Under the pieces are notes generated by a model. The model did not search any database. It saw only the letters and a list, made by a program, of their open reading frames with translations, and was not told where the DNA came from. DNA of 64,000 bases. Origin: Neoechinorhynchus agilis (lineage: Eukaryota; Animalia; Acanthocephala). A program made the position numbers and the translations under genes. Position 1 is the first letter of the stretch. Each line of letters starts with the position of its first letter. The stretch is from contig CM121341.1 of the NCBI GenBank assembly GCA_051530055.1, positions 12,936,784 to 13,000,783 on the forward strand, given 5' to 3'. Shown piece by piece: positions 34,098 through 45,349 of the stretch.

Positions 34098-35078
34098 TCA
34101 GTTCGGTTTGGCAGGAGTCTGTGGTAGTGAAGGCTGAAGAAACGAAGGCGGTGGCAACAGATGAGTAGCCCCTGGTGGAGGTGGGGGTAATGTAAAAGGC
34201 ATATTAGAGAATCCGACGGGTTGTGCGGATCCGTATCCGGGTGTAAGTCCAAAGGTTTGTTGAAGATGTAAGAACTGCGTTGGCGGAGGAGGCGGTGGTG
34301 GTGGGAACATATGAGTTGGTTGCTGTAGATTGGTGAATGATTGGAACTGAGCAGTTGACGGGATTATCGGTGGAGGTGGATGAAAGGCTTGAAGGGCAGC
34401 AGCTGCTGCAGCCATTTGCATGACCATAGGAGGTGGAGCATCGGCGAATAGTTGATGAGGTCTTTCGTTTTGTGCTATTGGATTTTGTGCAGCCAATAGA
34501 CGTTCAGCCGCGGAACCATGTCTTTCACCTTTGGAATCCTTTTTAAAAGCGTATGAGATAGTAATTGCCCGATTGCACAAGAACTGTCCGTTCATCGCTT
34601 CCAACGCAGCGTCACTTGCGTCGAAACTCGCGAAGTTAATGAATGCGTAACCCTTTGAGTTTCCCGTATCAGGATCTCTCATAATCTTTGGGGTTTGGAG
34701 AATGACCCCAAAAGCAGAAAAGGTGTCATAAAGCAGCTTTTCGTCAACCTCCGGGTCAAGATTGCCAATGAATAGATTCGCACCGACGTCCATGTTCTTT
34801 TGATGTGCAGACGCTTTATTAACCCGAATCGGTTTCCCGAACAGTTTAATCATGTTCATTATTTTTATAGCGTAATCAGCATCCTCCTCGCCCAAAAATT
34901 CAACAAATCCATAGCTCTGATGCTGGTTGGTTACTCGATCTTTAGGCATATGTACATTTACAACGGGTCCGGCTTGAACGAACAGTTCCCATAATACCGA
35001 TTCAGTCACCTTGTCATCGAGACCGCCGACGTAAACAGTAGCATCCTGATTACGGTCAACCAAAGGAGGAAGTGACAT
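34098..35078 (-). CDS. SF3B4: Splicing factor 3B subunit 4 (SAP49), intronless, 326 aa
   Basis: [42 protein letters not shown]...; two RRMs and a Pro-rich tail. AATAAA on the minus strand at about 34063. Confidence 0.97.
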   Translation of the reverse strand: MSLPPLVDRNQDATVYVGGLDDKVTESVLWELFVQAGPVVNVHMPKDRVTNQHQSYGFVEFLGEEDADYAIKIMNMIKLFGKPIRVNKASAHQKNMDVGANLFIGNLDPEVDEKLLYDTFSAFGVILQTPKIMRDPDTGNSKGYAFINFASFDASDAALEAMNGQFLCNRAITISYAFKKDSKGERHGSAAERLLAAQNPIAQNERPHQLFADAPPPMVMQMAAAAAALQAFHPPPPIIPSTAQFQSFTNLQQPTHMFPPPPPPPPTQFLHLQQTFGLTPGYGSAQPVGFSNMPFTLPPPPPGATHLLPPPSFLQPSLPQTPAKPN

Positions 35079-35399
35079 TGCAACGTAATGCGTGCCACTT
35101 GGGCGAATTCAACCATCATACATTCTTACTGATTACAACGTCACTTGATAAAGAAAATCCAGTGTTCGATCGACAGGTATAACCTTTGTAAGAAATAGAA
35201 TTCGCTTTGTCGCTAGATTTCTTATCAAAGTAAGCAAGGATTTCAACAAAAGGGTCGCCCTGGTAAGCTTAACAACATAGTCATGTTTTTGATGGAACCT
35301 GGCCGTTGGCGCGCTTTTACTTCGGTGTGGCCACATCAAAAATAATGGTTCCTATTCAATCTTGGCTCCATATTTATTAAGTGGGCGTTCAATGACGCA

Positions 35400-35705
35400 T
35401 TCATTTCCTCCACATAGACTTATATTTTACGGGAGGAATGCTACTGCCATTGGAACGTCTAAATTTCTTCGACAATTGTTTGACCAGGTCCTAAGCCGCG
35501 GTATCTCGACGTCAAAAGGGGCGAAATCATGATCTGAATCCATGTCCCTTTATTTGGTCTTTTGCGGTCCTCTGCTGCGGTTGCTGCCAGCCCTGATTAA
35601 ACGCCTCCGAATTTTATATTGCTGACGACGGGAATGCACAGCGGCCATCGGGTTGGCAAAGACTCTTCGACTTTAGGATGTTGGACGCATTCACTGCATA
35701 CTTAG
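35400..35705 (-). mobile_element. CRE-clade 3' fragment, same family as 62480-63110
   Basis: Shares ggaggaatgctactgccattggaacgtc...cgacaattgtttgaccaggtcctaagccgcgg with 62560-62630; translates to RLE remnants. Confidence 0.75.
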
Positions 35706-35984
35706 ATGTGATGATTTCTTTGCTAAAATAAAACTAACTTGGAAATGTTAGGCTACGATTTAAAAAATGATTACTTAGAGAAGAACAGTGTCAAGACAAA
35801 GCAACAAATAAAATTCATCTGAAATTTCGTTACGACTAAGCGCTTAAAATAATTCGGATAAAAACAATTAATGAAATATATCACTGAATGTAAAATAAAC
35901 TGGCAAATTAGGCCTTTTGAACAGAGCGGATTTCTAGAATGTTATATATCATTCGGATGCCTACTTTAATGTATAACACAAGTA

Positions 35985-37230
35985 CAGTTGATTCCGCTTA
36001 ATTGGGACACATCGGGACCGAGGTTTTTTGTACCAATTAAACGGCTGTCCCGATTAAGCGAAGTTCACTTTTAAAGAAATTAATTTGATTGGTCTTGGGA
36101 ACAAGGTCATTAACCAGTAACACACAAAATTAAACAATGCATATTTTTCAATAATTTTATTTTATAAACTCTTGAAAACTTTACATATAGGTACATAATA
36201 TATATTATAAATATGTATGTATTATAAATCTAAAAAAATCCTTAATAAAATTTTTAATTGGTAGATACATACTAATTCAATCGAAAAATGAGTCAAGTGT
36301 AGTCTGTCTTTTGTTTTTGTGACAGTTGGCTTCTATAAAATCAGCACAGATGTTCAGTGCAGATTTAGGGCTTCCTTCATTTCCTTCCTGCATAAAATAA
36401 CGTTGTAACACGGGCCATACACTGCTTTGAAATCGTTGCGGCCCAGTTTTTTAGCGAACTCCTCTGACTTCGCCTTCAATATTGGACCGTTGATATTTAC
36501 GCCTCTGCCACTAACAATAGAAAACCATTGATCCAGTGCTTCTTCAACGTCTGGATCCTTCCCCTCACGTTTTCTTTTGGATGTCCCTGCCTGTCCTTCT
36601 TGTAATTCGAATTCCTTACGCAGTTGACTTTCTTGTCGTAAGACACGCGATATAGTAGATTTTGGTACACCAGTTATCTCAGCGAGCCGACGATAACTTG
36701 TATTAAGCGGATGGCTTTTTATTTTATCAAGCAAGGCAATTTTATTGGTAAGTGACAAATCGTTCCTTGGCATTTTAGAAAGGGTAAATTTTTTTAAAAA
36801 TACAATTGACAAAAAATAGCTTCACGCGTTGTTCACGCGGGAGGTGATTGGTAATCGAATGTCCGCTGCACCGGCTCGGATGTAAAAGCTTGCAAATGTG
36901 GATATGAGGCCGCCACGGCTTTATAAAACGCGGGAGTCGGGTTCAGAAAGAAGCCGTCTTTCTGGCTTTCCCGGGATTTAGGAGGAGGTTGTGTTTGTTT
37001 TTCCGCTGCAGCGGTTCGGTTAAACCAAAACTCAGTAAAAACAAAATCAGTTAATAGATACTCTACTATACTAAAATCTTAAATTTACTGTCCCAATTAA
37101 GCGGAATGTTGTCCCAATTAAATATACAAATTTACTATTGGTTTCTTGGTTTGGTTTCCGTTCTTTGAGATTTGTCCCAAATAAGCGGCTGTCCCGATTA
37201 AGCGGTGTCCCAATTAAGCAGAATCCACTA
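35985..37230 (-). mobile_element. Non-autonomous pogo/Tigger DNA transposon
   Basis: TIRs CAGTTGATTCCGCTTAATTGGGACA / TGTCCCAATTAAGCAGAATCCACTA flanked by TA. ORF 36354-36812 encodes only the CENP-B-type HTH domains, with no DDE. Confidence 0.9.
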
Positions 37231-37820
37231 TATTATGATCAAATTGTTTGGACTGTTTCGTTGGTCATGGATTTTAAAATAAAATCATTTTAATTTCTTC
37301 GCCACACAAAAACCAATATGAACAGTCCAATCTTCAAACGGTCATTTCAGTGTTGGTAGTCCTTCAGTAATTGCTTTAATAATTAATAGTTTTTCTAAAG
37401 GAATGCTCAGTGTTCAATCATCCGTTTTAGCTTAATCGTTGTTCTTCGTCCATTTAAACCCATAAATGTGACCGCAAATGCTTAGTAACAGGCTAGTATT
37501 TGACGAAACGACACATTCGAGTTTAAAGTTGAGTCAGTATCGCGGATTAGTAATTAGATCGCCTTTAATGTTACCACAAACATTTAGCAATCTTACACGA
37601 ACAACCATAGAACGTTCATATGAATCACCGATTTGAAAACGAATCACTCTTTTTAAATGTAAAAAGTTGCGAGAAGCACTGAACCAATTTTATGAAAAGT
37701 TGAAGATTTTCAGTAATAAAACTGAATGCGAAATTGAAAACAAATGATGACGGAAGCCGAAATACTCACACACACGATGCTGGATAATGTAAAGTTTTGC
37801 CCAGGACACACAAGTCTCAA

Positions 37821-38430
37821 TCAAGTTTGGGTCTTTATGTCCTCGAATTCCAAGAGTCCGAAAAGAGGATCCATTAAATCGCAAGTTGTTTGCATCTCTC
37901 GTGAAGACATTCGAACCCGGCTGTTATTAGCAACAGTCAACTGATCAGTCTGGGTTGTAACGGTCACAAATTCATTTAAATTGTGATTAAACCAATTGTA
38001 ATCGTTAGCGTCCTGACTCAGTATAGATAAATCAGTGTTTGACACTGCATCCAAACGAGAATCTAACATTGGCTCTTTCCATAAATTCGTTTGAACTTCC
38101 TGCTCCGTTCTCCAGACGAAGTCAGCATCCACCGGATCCATTGTAAATCCAGTTTGAGTAGATTTACTTTCCCCGGATCGATCGACAAAACAATGTCTTT
38201 TTTGGCATTATATCTATTAGTTGATATTGGGAACTAGAAACTTCATTGGTTTGACCGAGAAGTCGGGATCGTTTGAGACCACCATGAGTTCGATTCATAT
38301 GCATGCTCAATGCTTTAGGGTTTTCGAATTGTCTTTCACAATGTTGACATTGAAATATTGCGGAGCATCCGAAAGGAGTTTGAGTGGAGTATGAAGATAA
38401 GGATACAAGTTTGAACTTACATTGCTTCAT
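37821..38430 (-). CDS. ATMIN/ASCIZ-like C2H2 zinc-finger protein with TQT (LC8-binding) motifs; 1-bp frame break at 38198-38203
   Basis: FQCQHCERQFENPKALSMHMNRTH; YSTQT, KSTQT, VTTQT, EMQTT and C-terminal DIKTQT. Start codon uncertain. Confidence 0.65.
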
Positions 38431-38744
38431 GACTTTTAGCGTCCAAAGAAAGACCAAACTTTTTATCGCAGAATGCACATCCGTAGTTTTTGGGACTGTG
38501 AACACGATTGTAATGCTAAATCGAAATGTTTTTAGTTTGTTGTTCAAACATGGCCAAGTGCTCCATTGGCGCTGACCAAAGAATGCACTGTAGGCATCCG
38601 ACTATAGATCTGATTCGCTTATTTTTGTGCTTAAGTCAGAATTAATTTTAAAATTTGTCAAATTAACAAAACTTTTATTGCAGAAGTATGATAACTTTGG
38701 AAATTCAATTTATGTACGTTAAGGAACGAGTTTCCAAAAATCCA

Positions 38745-39020
38745 TTGGAATGATAAGGTTAAAATTGTTGTTGTGAACATACGTCCGGTTAAGAGATATT
38801 TTATTGCTAAGAAATATTTTCGAAAGGGGAAGCCTTGCGTCATGAATCATCTAAAACGGCTTTAGTTATTTTGTATTGTGTGGCTCAGGTTCGCGGGATC
38901 GCCAAGGGTAACTAAAAGTTTTTCGATGGCTGATGAGAAGAAGCTTCCTCGTTCGAAATATTTCTTAACAATAAAATATCTATTAGCCAGGAATATCTTA
39001 ACCACAATTCTAAACATATT
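38745..39020. repeat. Diverged foldback with a degenerate hammerhead-like core
   Basis: Arms at about 38745-38845 and 38928-39020; CTGATGA...TTCGAAATATTTC...AATAAA. Confidence 0.55.
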
Positions 39021-40199
39021 AAGATGCAATTTTGCTCACCTTTCCCCTAATAAAGCATGTTATTAAAATGTATTTCACGGGTCCTAAGGCTGCTCAACAT
39101 ACCGTTCACAAATAAGCAAGTTAACTTTTCATTTCTTTGTGTGTTGCCCAACCGAAGCGCAACAAAAGTACACCGATCGTTCGCCATTTCTGCCACGAAA
39201 AAGCAGTATTTAAGACGAATTCTTACCAGGTAAAGATTTCTAAAACTCGAAAAGCAAGTGTTTCCATATCCCGATGTGAAGCAGGAGCAGAAGTACTGAC
39301 ATGTCGGTATCGGGCAATGGTAATTGGCATCGAGTTTTCTAAACGAATCATTGATCTACAAAAACAGAAGTAAAAACGACGATGGAACCAGCTCGAATAC
39401 CGAATTTGATTTCTCCAAGCTGACACATCCTATACCGCTTGTTGGTTTTGGTATTAAGCCTATCGCAGGAATTGTTATACATGGCCTTGATGGGAACGAT
39501 GAATTGCGTCTGGGCATTAGGGAATGATTTTGCACTTTGAATTGCTTTAGCTTGAAAGAAGGCGAAAGAAAATTTTGCTGCAGACGAAGAGGTGCTTAAA
39601 CTAAAACCCTTTTAGAGACAAAAATTGCAGAAATGTAGTCCATAATTTGTTTTGATAAGGGCGAAATGAATAAAAGTGATTCATATCTTGGGTAATTGTC
39701 TTCGACGGGGGAGATACTTTTAGTAGTTTTTCCACCACGAATTTAAATTCATTGATGATTTATGATATTACACCTACCGATAGTACCGACATTATCAACG
39801 AAAAGTAATTCAATTTTAATATTTCTTCCTCAATGTTGGACTTCAGAATGGTTTGTAAGTTTTTTACGATGATCGGACTTGATGTTACTGATTCTTGTCG
39901 GTCACGTAAAAGAAGCAGCTCCGGCGGCCAGACAGCTACTGATAGTAGCCTGTCGGTGTGCCGCTCCATTTGGTGATGCGGCAGCGAACAGGAGCAACAA
40001 AATCCACCAGTGCAACGGGAAAAAGCGAGGGCTTCGTAGCTCTCGCCGACGACTTGAGCGTCGAAATGAGCGAAACTGTAGCCGGAGGCAACGAAAGCGT
40101 CAGTCGAAGCTCATCACCGTGGTGTGTACGGACTGTTCAGGTTGCGCTGACAGCCGTGAGCCCTTTGGTCCAGCTATTTCAGATAGAAGAGGACTAGGA

Positions 40200-41312
40200 A
40201 TCGGATCCTTGAATTGTAGGAATCTGCGAGCGCAATGAGTATGGAGTGCCGCCGATCATTGCCACATCCGTTATGGCATTATATAAAAACACAAGATCCG
40301 CCGTAAAGACAGCTGACGGTTTGACAGAATACTTTTCCACCACTTCAGGTGTTCTGCAGGGCGACACATTGGCTCCTTTCCTCTTCATCTTGGTGCTTGA
40401 TTGAGTGATGAGATGGGCACTACCGAATGATGAAGATGGATTTCTTCTGTTGAGGAAAAGAGGTCGCAGGTATCCTGAGATACGCGCCTCCTACATGGCA
40501 TATGCCGACCACATCGTATTGATGTCCTCAACAGTCGAAGGAGCTCAACGCATGCTAAATAGACTGTGCGAGAGGGCGAGTATGATTGGTCTGACCATCA
40601 ACTCGAAAAAGACGGAATTCTTGACGATTCCGCATGTCGCGCATACAGTCTCTGGCGAAGGGCCGAATGGCGTTGAGCAATTAAAACAGATAGAGCGGTA
40701 TGTCTATCTGGTAGCTGTCGTTCCTGAAGTGAGTACGGATGTCAGCCGACGGAGAGCTATAGCTTCGAGAGCAATGGGGCAACTTAAACCACTGTTTGAC
40801 AGTGAGCCATTGCCAGATGAACTCCGTTCGCAGCTGTTCAGAACTCTAATTGAGAGCATTCTCTACTACAATGCAGAGACCTGGACACTGTCACCAACGG
40901 CGACGAGGCAGTTGGGCCAAAATCATTCATCTCTCCTACGTGCGGCGTTCAAGGCCAGATGGTCAGATAAAGTGACCAACAAAGCACTGTATAAGAGAGC
41001 CGGAGTCCAACCGCCCAGTGAATATTTGCGCCGCAGACGACTGCAGTTCACGGGCAATATAATTCGGTCCGAGGCATCTTGCCCACAGGTCGTGCAACAA
41101 TTCCTTTTCTGGAAGCCAACGACATTGTATCGTAAAGGCAAAGGGAACTGTCGTACATACGATGACCTGATTTTTAAGAGACGCGAATTGCCCGCATAAC
41201 AGGACGGCTGTCGTGTATTTTAGATCCCTTGCGGAGTCTAATTCTATTTGACGGGCTTATACCTACGGTGCAAGGTAGGAAAGTACCGTTGCATACATAC
41301 ATACATACATAC
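40200..41312 (+). mobile_element. 5'-truncated RTE/RTEX-like LINE with a (CATA)n tail
   Basis: SGVLQGDTLAPFLFILVLD*VMR, MAYADHI, LYYNAETWTL and LRRRRLQFTG; catacatacatacatacatac at about 41292-41312. Confidence 0.88.
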
Positions 41313-42507
41313 TGCTTACATAGTAGAAAAATTATAAGCAATTTTGAAGAAGTCATGCGTAAATGATGCAGTATTAAATAAAATTCAATTACTTTTAATC
41401 ATATCAAGAAATTTCGTTGGGGATGGTAAGCATTGGAGGGGTGTGATCATAATACCGGTTAAAGAATCTTTTATTGTTATGAAATATTTCGGGAGGAAAC
41501 CTCACCTCGGCCATACGACCAGGGAATACGGCCAGCGTCAGAGGCACGGCTCCCTCCTGTGGAGTCGAAAAATGCAAAATTAACCACTGACCGTTCTTGT
41601 TACTTTATCAAAACAAACAAAATTGCATGTTCGTAAACAAGGAGGATACAGGCAAACACTGTCAAGTCGCAACTCACGAAAAAACATTCGAATAAGTGCC
41701 CGAGGGTCAAGTTAAAAAAATAGTCATCTAAAAGGTTTTGTGATAGTTCTATTTATTTACTTGTTCGCCCTTATCAAAACAATTTGAAATGACGAAGATT
41801 TTTTGTTTTAGTCTTCGCTCCGTAGAGAAAGTTTTATCAAAAACAATCCGAACATGAGTTTGTCTGTAAATTTTCCCGACGGTGTTCGACGCAGCTTTAA
41901 TAAAACGTTCTTCACCAAGCGAAACCCTAAACAAGAAATTTAACAAACCAATAGTAAGATACATATGAAATATCACGTTTTAGCTAAAAAGCAATGAATT
42001 ATTGCACATTTCTGCCTTTTGATAGTTATGTATTCGAGATAAACAACAATCTTCATGAGAGTTCTATCGATTTTTATCAAATTTTTCGTAAAAATATAGC
42101 TGAATCTTTGTTGTATTTTTGCTAGTCGTAATTATTTTTTTGTTTCCGCGGAAAGTGATTGCGCTTTAGAACGATGAAAAATCTCAGCCGCAAAAAGAGT
42201 ACATGTTAAACATACGATGGTTTTATTGATAGTTTTCTGATTTTTTGAGTATAATCTTTATTGTCTCGGTTTTTATGATGGCAACTAAACTTGTTAAAAG
42301 AATTTATTGATTCCCATATTTCGGCACCACTTTAACAACGCGATAAAACACTTTGGCAAACTTGATAAAGGCACAAAATTGTGCATTTTCAACCATATAA
42401 AAGCATGAATAATTCAATTTTTAAACAACTAAAATTGTATATTAAACACACGTACATTTAATTTTACGGAAAACAATTGTTTCCATGAGAAATGTACAAA
42501 ACAGCAA

Positions 42508-43812
42508 CTAGTCACCAATACACTTGGCGATCTGTTCAAGTAGATCATCAGTGGTTATTTGACCGAGCTCAAAGGTTTTGACAAGCTGCTCAACATTATC
42601 ACTCGCTTGTTTGAATTGATCGTTTTGGCAAAATCGATTATACACATAGACCTGTAGTTCTTTATCTTTCCTGAACGTTTCTTCCAACTGGAAACACGTG
42701 CCAACGTTCAATTTAGACTTCATGTCGTTGCGCCACCATTGGAGTGCAGACCCAACAACAATCGTTCCTTCCAAACTTCTCCTGGTATTCCACATATTGA
42801 TCGCGAACTGAGGGTCAAGTCTTCCTCGTTTCGCACGCGGCCGACCAATAAAATCATCCTCAAAACGATGGAACATGTGAATTATATGTGGAGGAATTTT
42901 ATCGGCTTCTTGAATCTCCATCTTTTCGTAGGTCTCCTCAAATGCATCGACAACGCCTTCAGCTGGCAGAAAGGCCAATCCACATAATCGCAATAGATAC
43001 TTTTTTGTAACATCATCATTTCGTTGGTCTACGTATCCACGAATTACTTCACTCAGGTCTTGAAAGCAGTATTCAATTGCGGTATTTGGATAAATCGCAC
43101 TCACGGCCTTTCTACATTCCTCGTCGTAGTTGATAATAGCGAATTTTGGACCAACAAAAGAATATTTATTGTTCAATTTGATCAGAAATCCTTTAATCGT
43201 TTTCTCTTGCAAATCAGGCAACAGTGCATAAATACACGGCGTAAGTAACGTACCTGACAACGCATGAACCGTAAGTAATCGATGAGAGAAACACTGTGGT
43301 AATCGAAGGCGAGCATCGAATACCCAAGTTTGAGCTTGTTTCAAAATCGTTATCATGTCTTCAGGCTCAAAAACAAAGATTCCATCTTCACGTACACAAA
43401 AAAATGTACTGTTTATATCATCAGCGACAACAAACGAATCACTGTTTCCTTGAAGCACTTCTACTCCATTTATTCTAAGATCTGGATGTGAATCTGAACC
43501 ATTGTTCACATCAATCGGTCGTTCGTGGGTTGGTGTGATCTCTTCAGGGAACTCCAGCTTGATCTCCTTCGTAGCTCGGATTTCGTTCATTCTATCTAGA
43601 TTTGGATCATGACAATGAGGTTTCATGATCTCGATTTGTGGTGCAGTAAGGCTTTTAATTTGAACGGGGGTTACAATACTGCCGTTGCAACCCTTGCGTT
43701 CACAGCGCCAATGGATTGTACCAACGTTTTTCCTGACCCATCGATAGCAGTGGCCACGAAAGGCTATTTTCGGCCGATACTTTAAGGATTTGAACAAAAG
43801 TACTTCGTCCAT
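42508..43812 (-). CDS. FLYWCH + MULE-transposase-derived protein, intact 434-aa ORF
   Basis: FRGHCYRW...IHWRC...C...HCHDP (FLYWCH); WVFD...LLTVH...PCIYALLP...AIYPN...YCFQDL (MULE-like). Confidence 0.85.
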   Translation of the reverse strand: MDEVLLFKSLKYRPKIAFRGHCYRWVRKNVGTIHWRCERKGCNGSIVTPVQIKSLTAPQIEIMKPHCHDPNLDRMNEIRATKEIKLEFPEEITPTHERPIDVNNGSDSHPDLRINGVEVLQGNSDSFVVADDINSTFFCVREDGIFVFEPEDMITILKQAQTWVFDARLRLPQCFSHRLLTVHALSGTLLTPCIYALLPDLQEKTIKGFLIKLNNKYSFVGPKFAIINYDEECRKAVSAIYPNTAIEYCFQDLSEVIRGYVDQRNDDVTKKYLLRLCGLAFLPAEGVVDAFEETYEKMEIQEADKIPPHIIHMFHRFEDDFIGRPRAKRGRLDPQFAINMWNTRRSLEGTIVVGSALQWWRNDMKSKLNVGTCFQLEETFRKDKELQVYVYNRFCQNDQFKQASDNVEQLVKTFELGQITTDDLLEQIAKCIGD

Positions 43813-45349
43813 CTCGGTTATTGCACAAATGATCTGAAAAGTCGAAATATTACATTCCACTTAAAGGAATAGGAAACGCAATCGCGCAACCGTAATAGCA
43901 GCGGTACACATCGCTTATTCCACAAACGTAGCCAGTATTCGTTCGCAAAAGAACAAATATCGCGACGATCTACACATAAACGCGTGCATGAATGAAACCA
44001 CAAAATACGAACACACACAACGAACGATACGCACACACTTCGTGATCGGTAAACGCGTCGCATGTATCGCAGGAGTAATGTTATGCAATAACGCATTGGT
44101 TGAGGAGTTTGGATGAAACATAATTCAAAAAATTGTTTGCGTTTATCCGTAGCGTGATCATCAAAAAAACATTTTTACGTTTTAAATGCCATTTAACTGA
44201 TGTCTACAAAAAGTATTCGTTTGCCTTACACTAAACAATTAACAATGAAGAACTTTGCAATATTATAGACGCCTCAATTGAGTTATCGTTACGAGGACGG
44301 TTCCATCAATGCATACCGTCTACACGTGAATACAAAGTCTCGGATTTCAAGAATTGATAAACACCAATAGTGTGCTCGTCCTTTCCAATAAAACCGGGAC
44401 TCATTGAAACACGCGCGCATACTGTAAAGTTTCGAGTATTCATTACGTAGTGTGCATGCGCCATCTCCAATACTTATCGGTATCATTCTATCCGTGTTGT
44501 GTTCGTAGTTCCGAAGAGCGAACTGTCAGCGCAAACACTGCTTTACTTCTAAGAGAGCAATAGGAGCGCATTTTTGTATTCGCACGTCTATTTACCGTCA
44601 TGTAAATATGAACGCAACGCATACGAAGTTTCGTGTGTGTAGTACGCTTTTGTGTTTACATCGAAGCAGTTGCGTGTCTTACATGTGACCGTCACAATGC
44701 CGAATAATTGACTCGTTGCAACATAGACGCATGTAAAGTCGGTTGTTTCGTCGTCGTCGTTTGTATGACATTTGCACCAAGTCACGATGAAACCTCACAC
44801 GCAACGCGTCCAGTTGCGTGGGAAAGCCGGAACGATAGTTGCGCAATTTTGAATGGTGACACATTCGGGTTTTGCCATGTGACTATTTAAGTACCAATTT
44901 TTTAATAAAATCATTTCAATGGATATGCGATCTATGTTATAGAGAATCCTTTTAATTTGTCGATTTTAGTGTGCACATTGAATAGAAAATTACCCGCATT
45001 ATTATGCTTAATTGCGATCATATCTCGTCCACTCGATTAATAAAACTCCTTAGTGAGTATGAAAATCGAAAAATATTTGTTGAATTCAAATAATGCGTTC
45101 AAAACGTGCAAAGAATATTCAGAATTTAGCTGTCGGACCAAGCGCCGCAGTTTTTTAACGAGGTTATATAATGGTGGGTCGCAACAACACCAAGTCCCAC
45201 GGGAATGCCGGATACATCCCCGAAGCAATGGAGCATAAAAATGTTCTTCTGTTCCCATTTGAACATTGGGCGTTCGATAGACGTACTTCTTAATCTATCT
45301 TCAAAGCAAAAAAAGCGGGACAATTCTTATTATATCAAATACTTTACAA

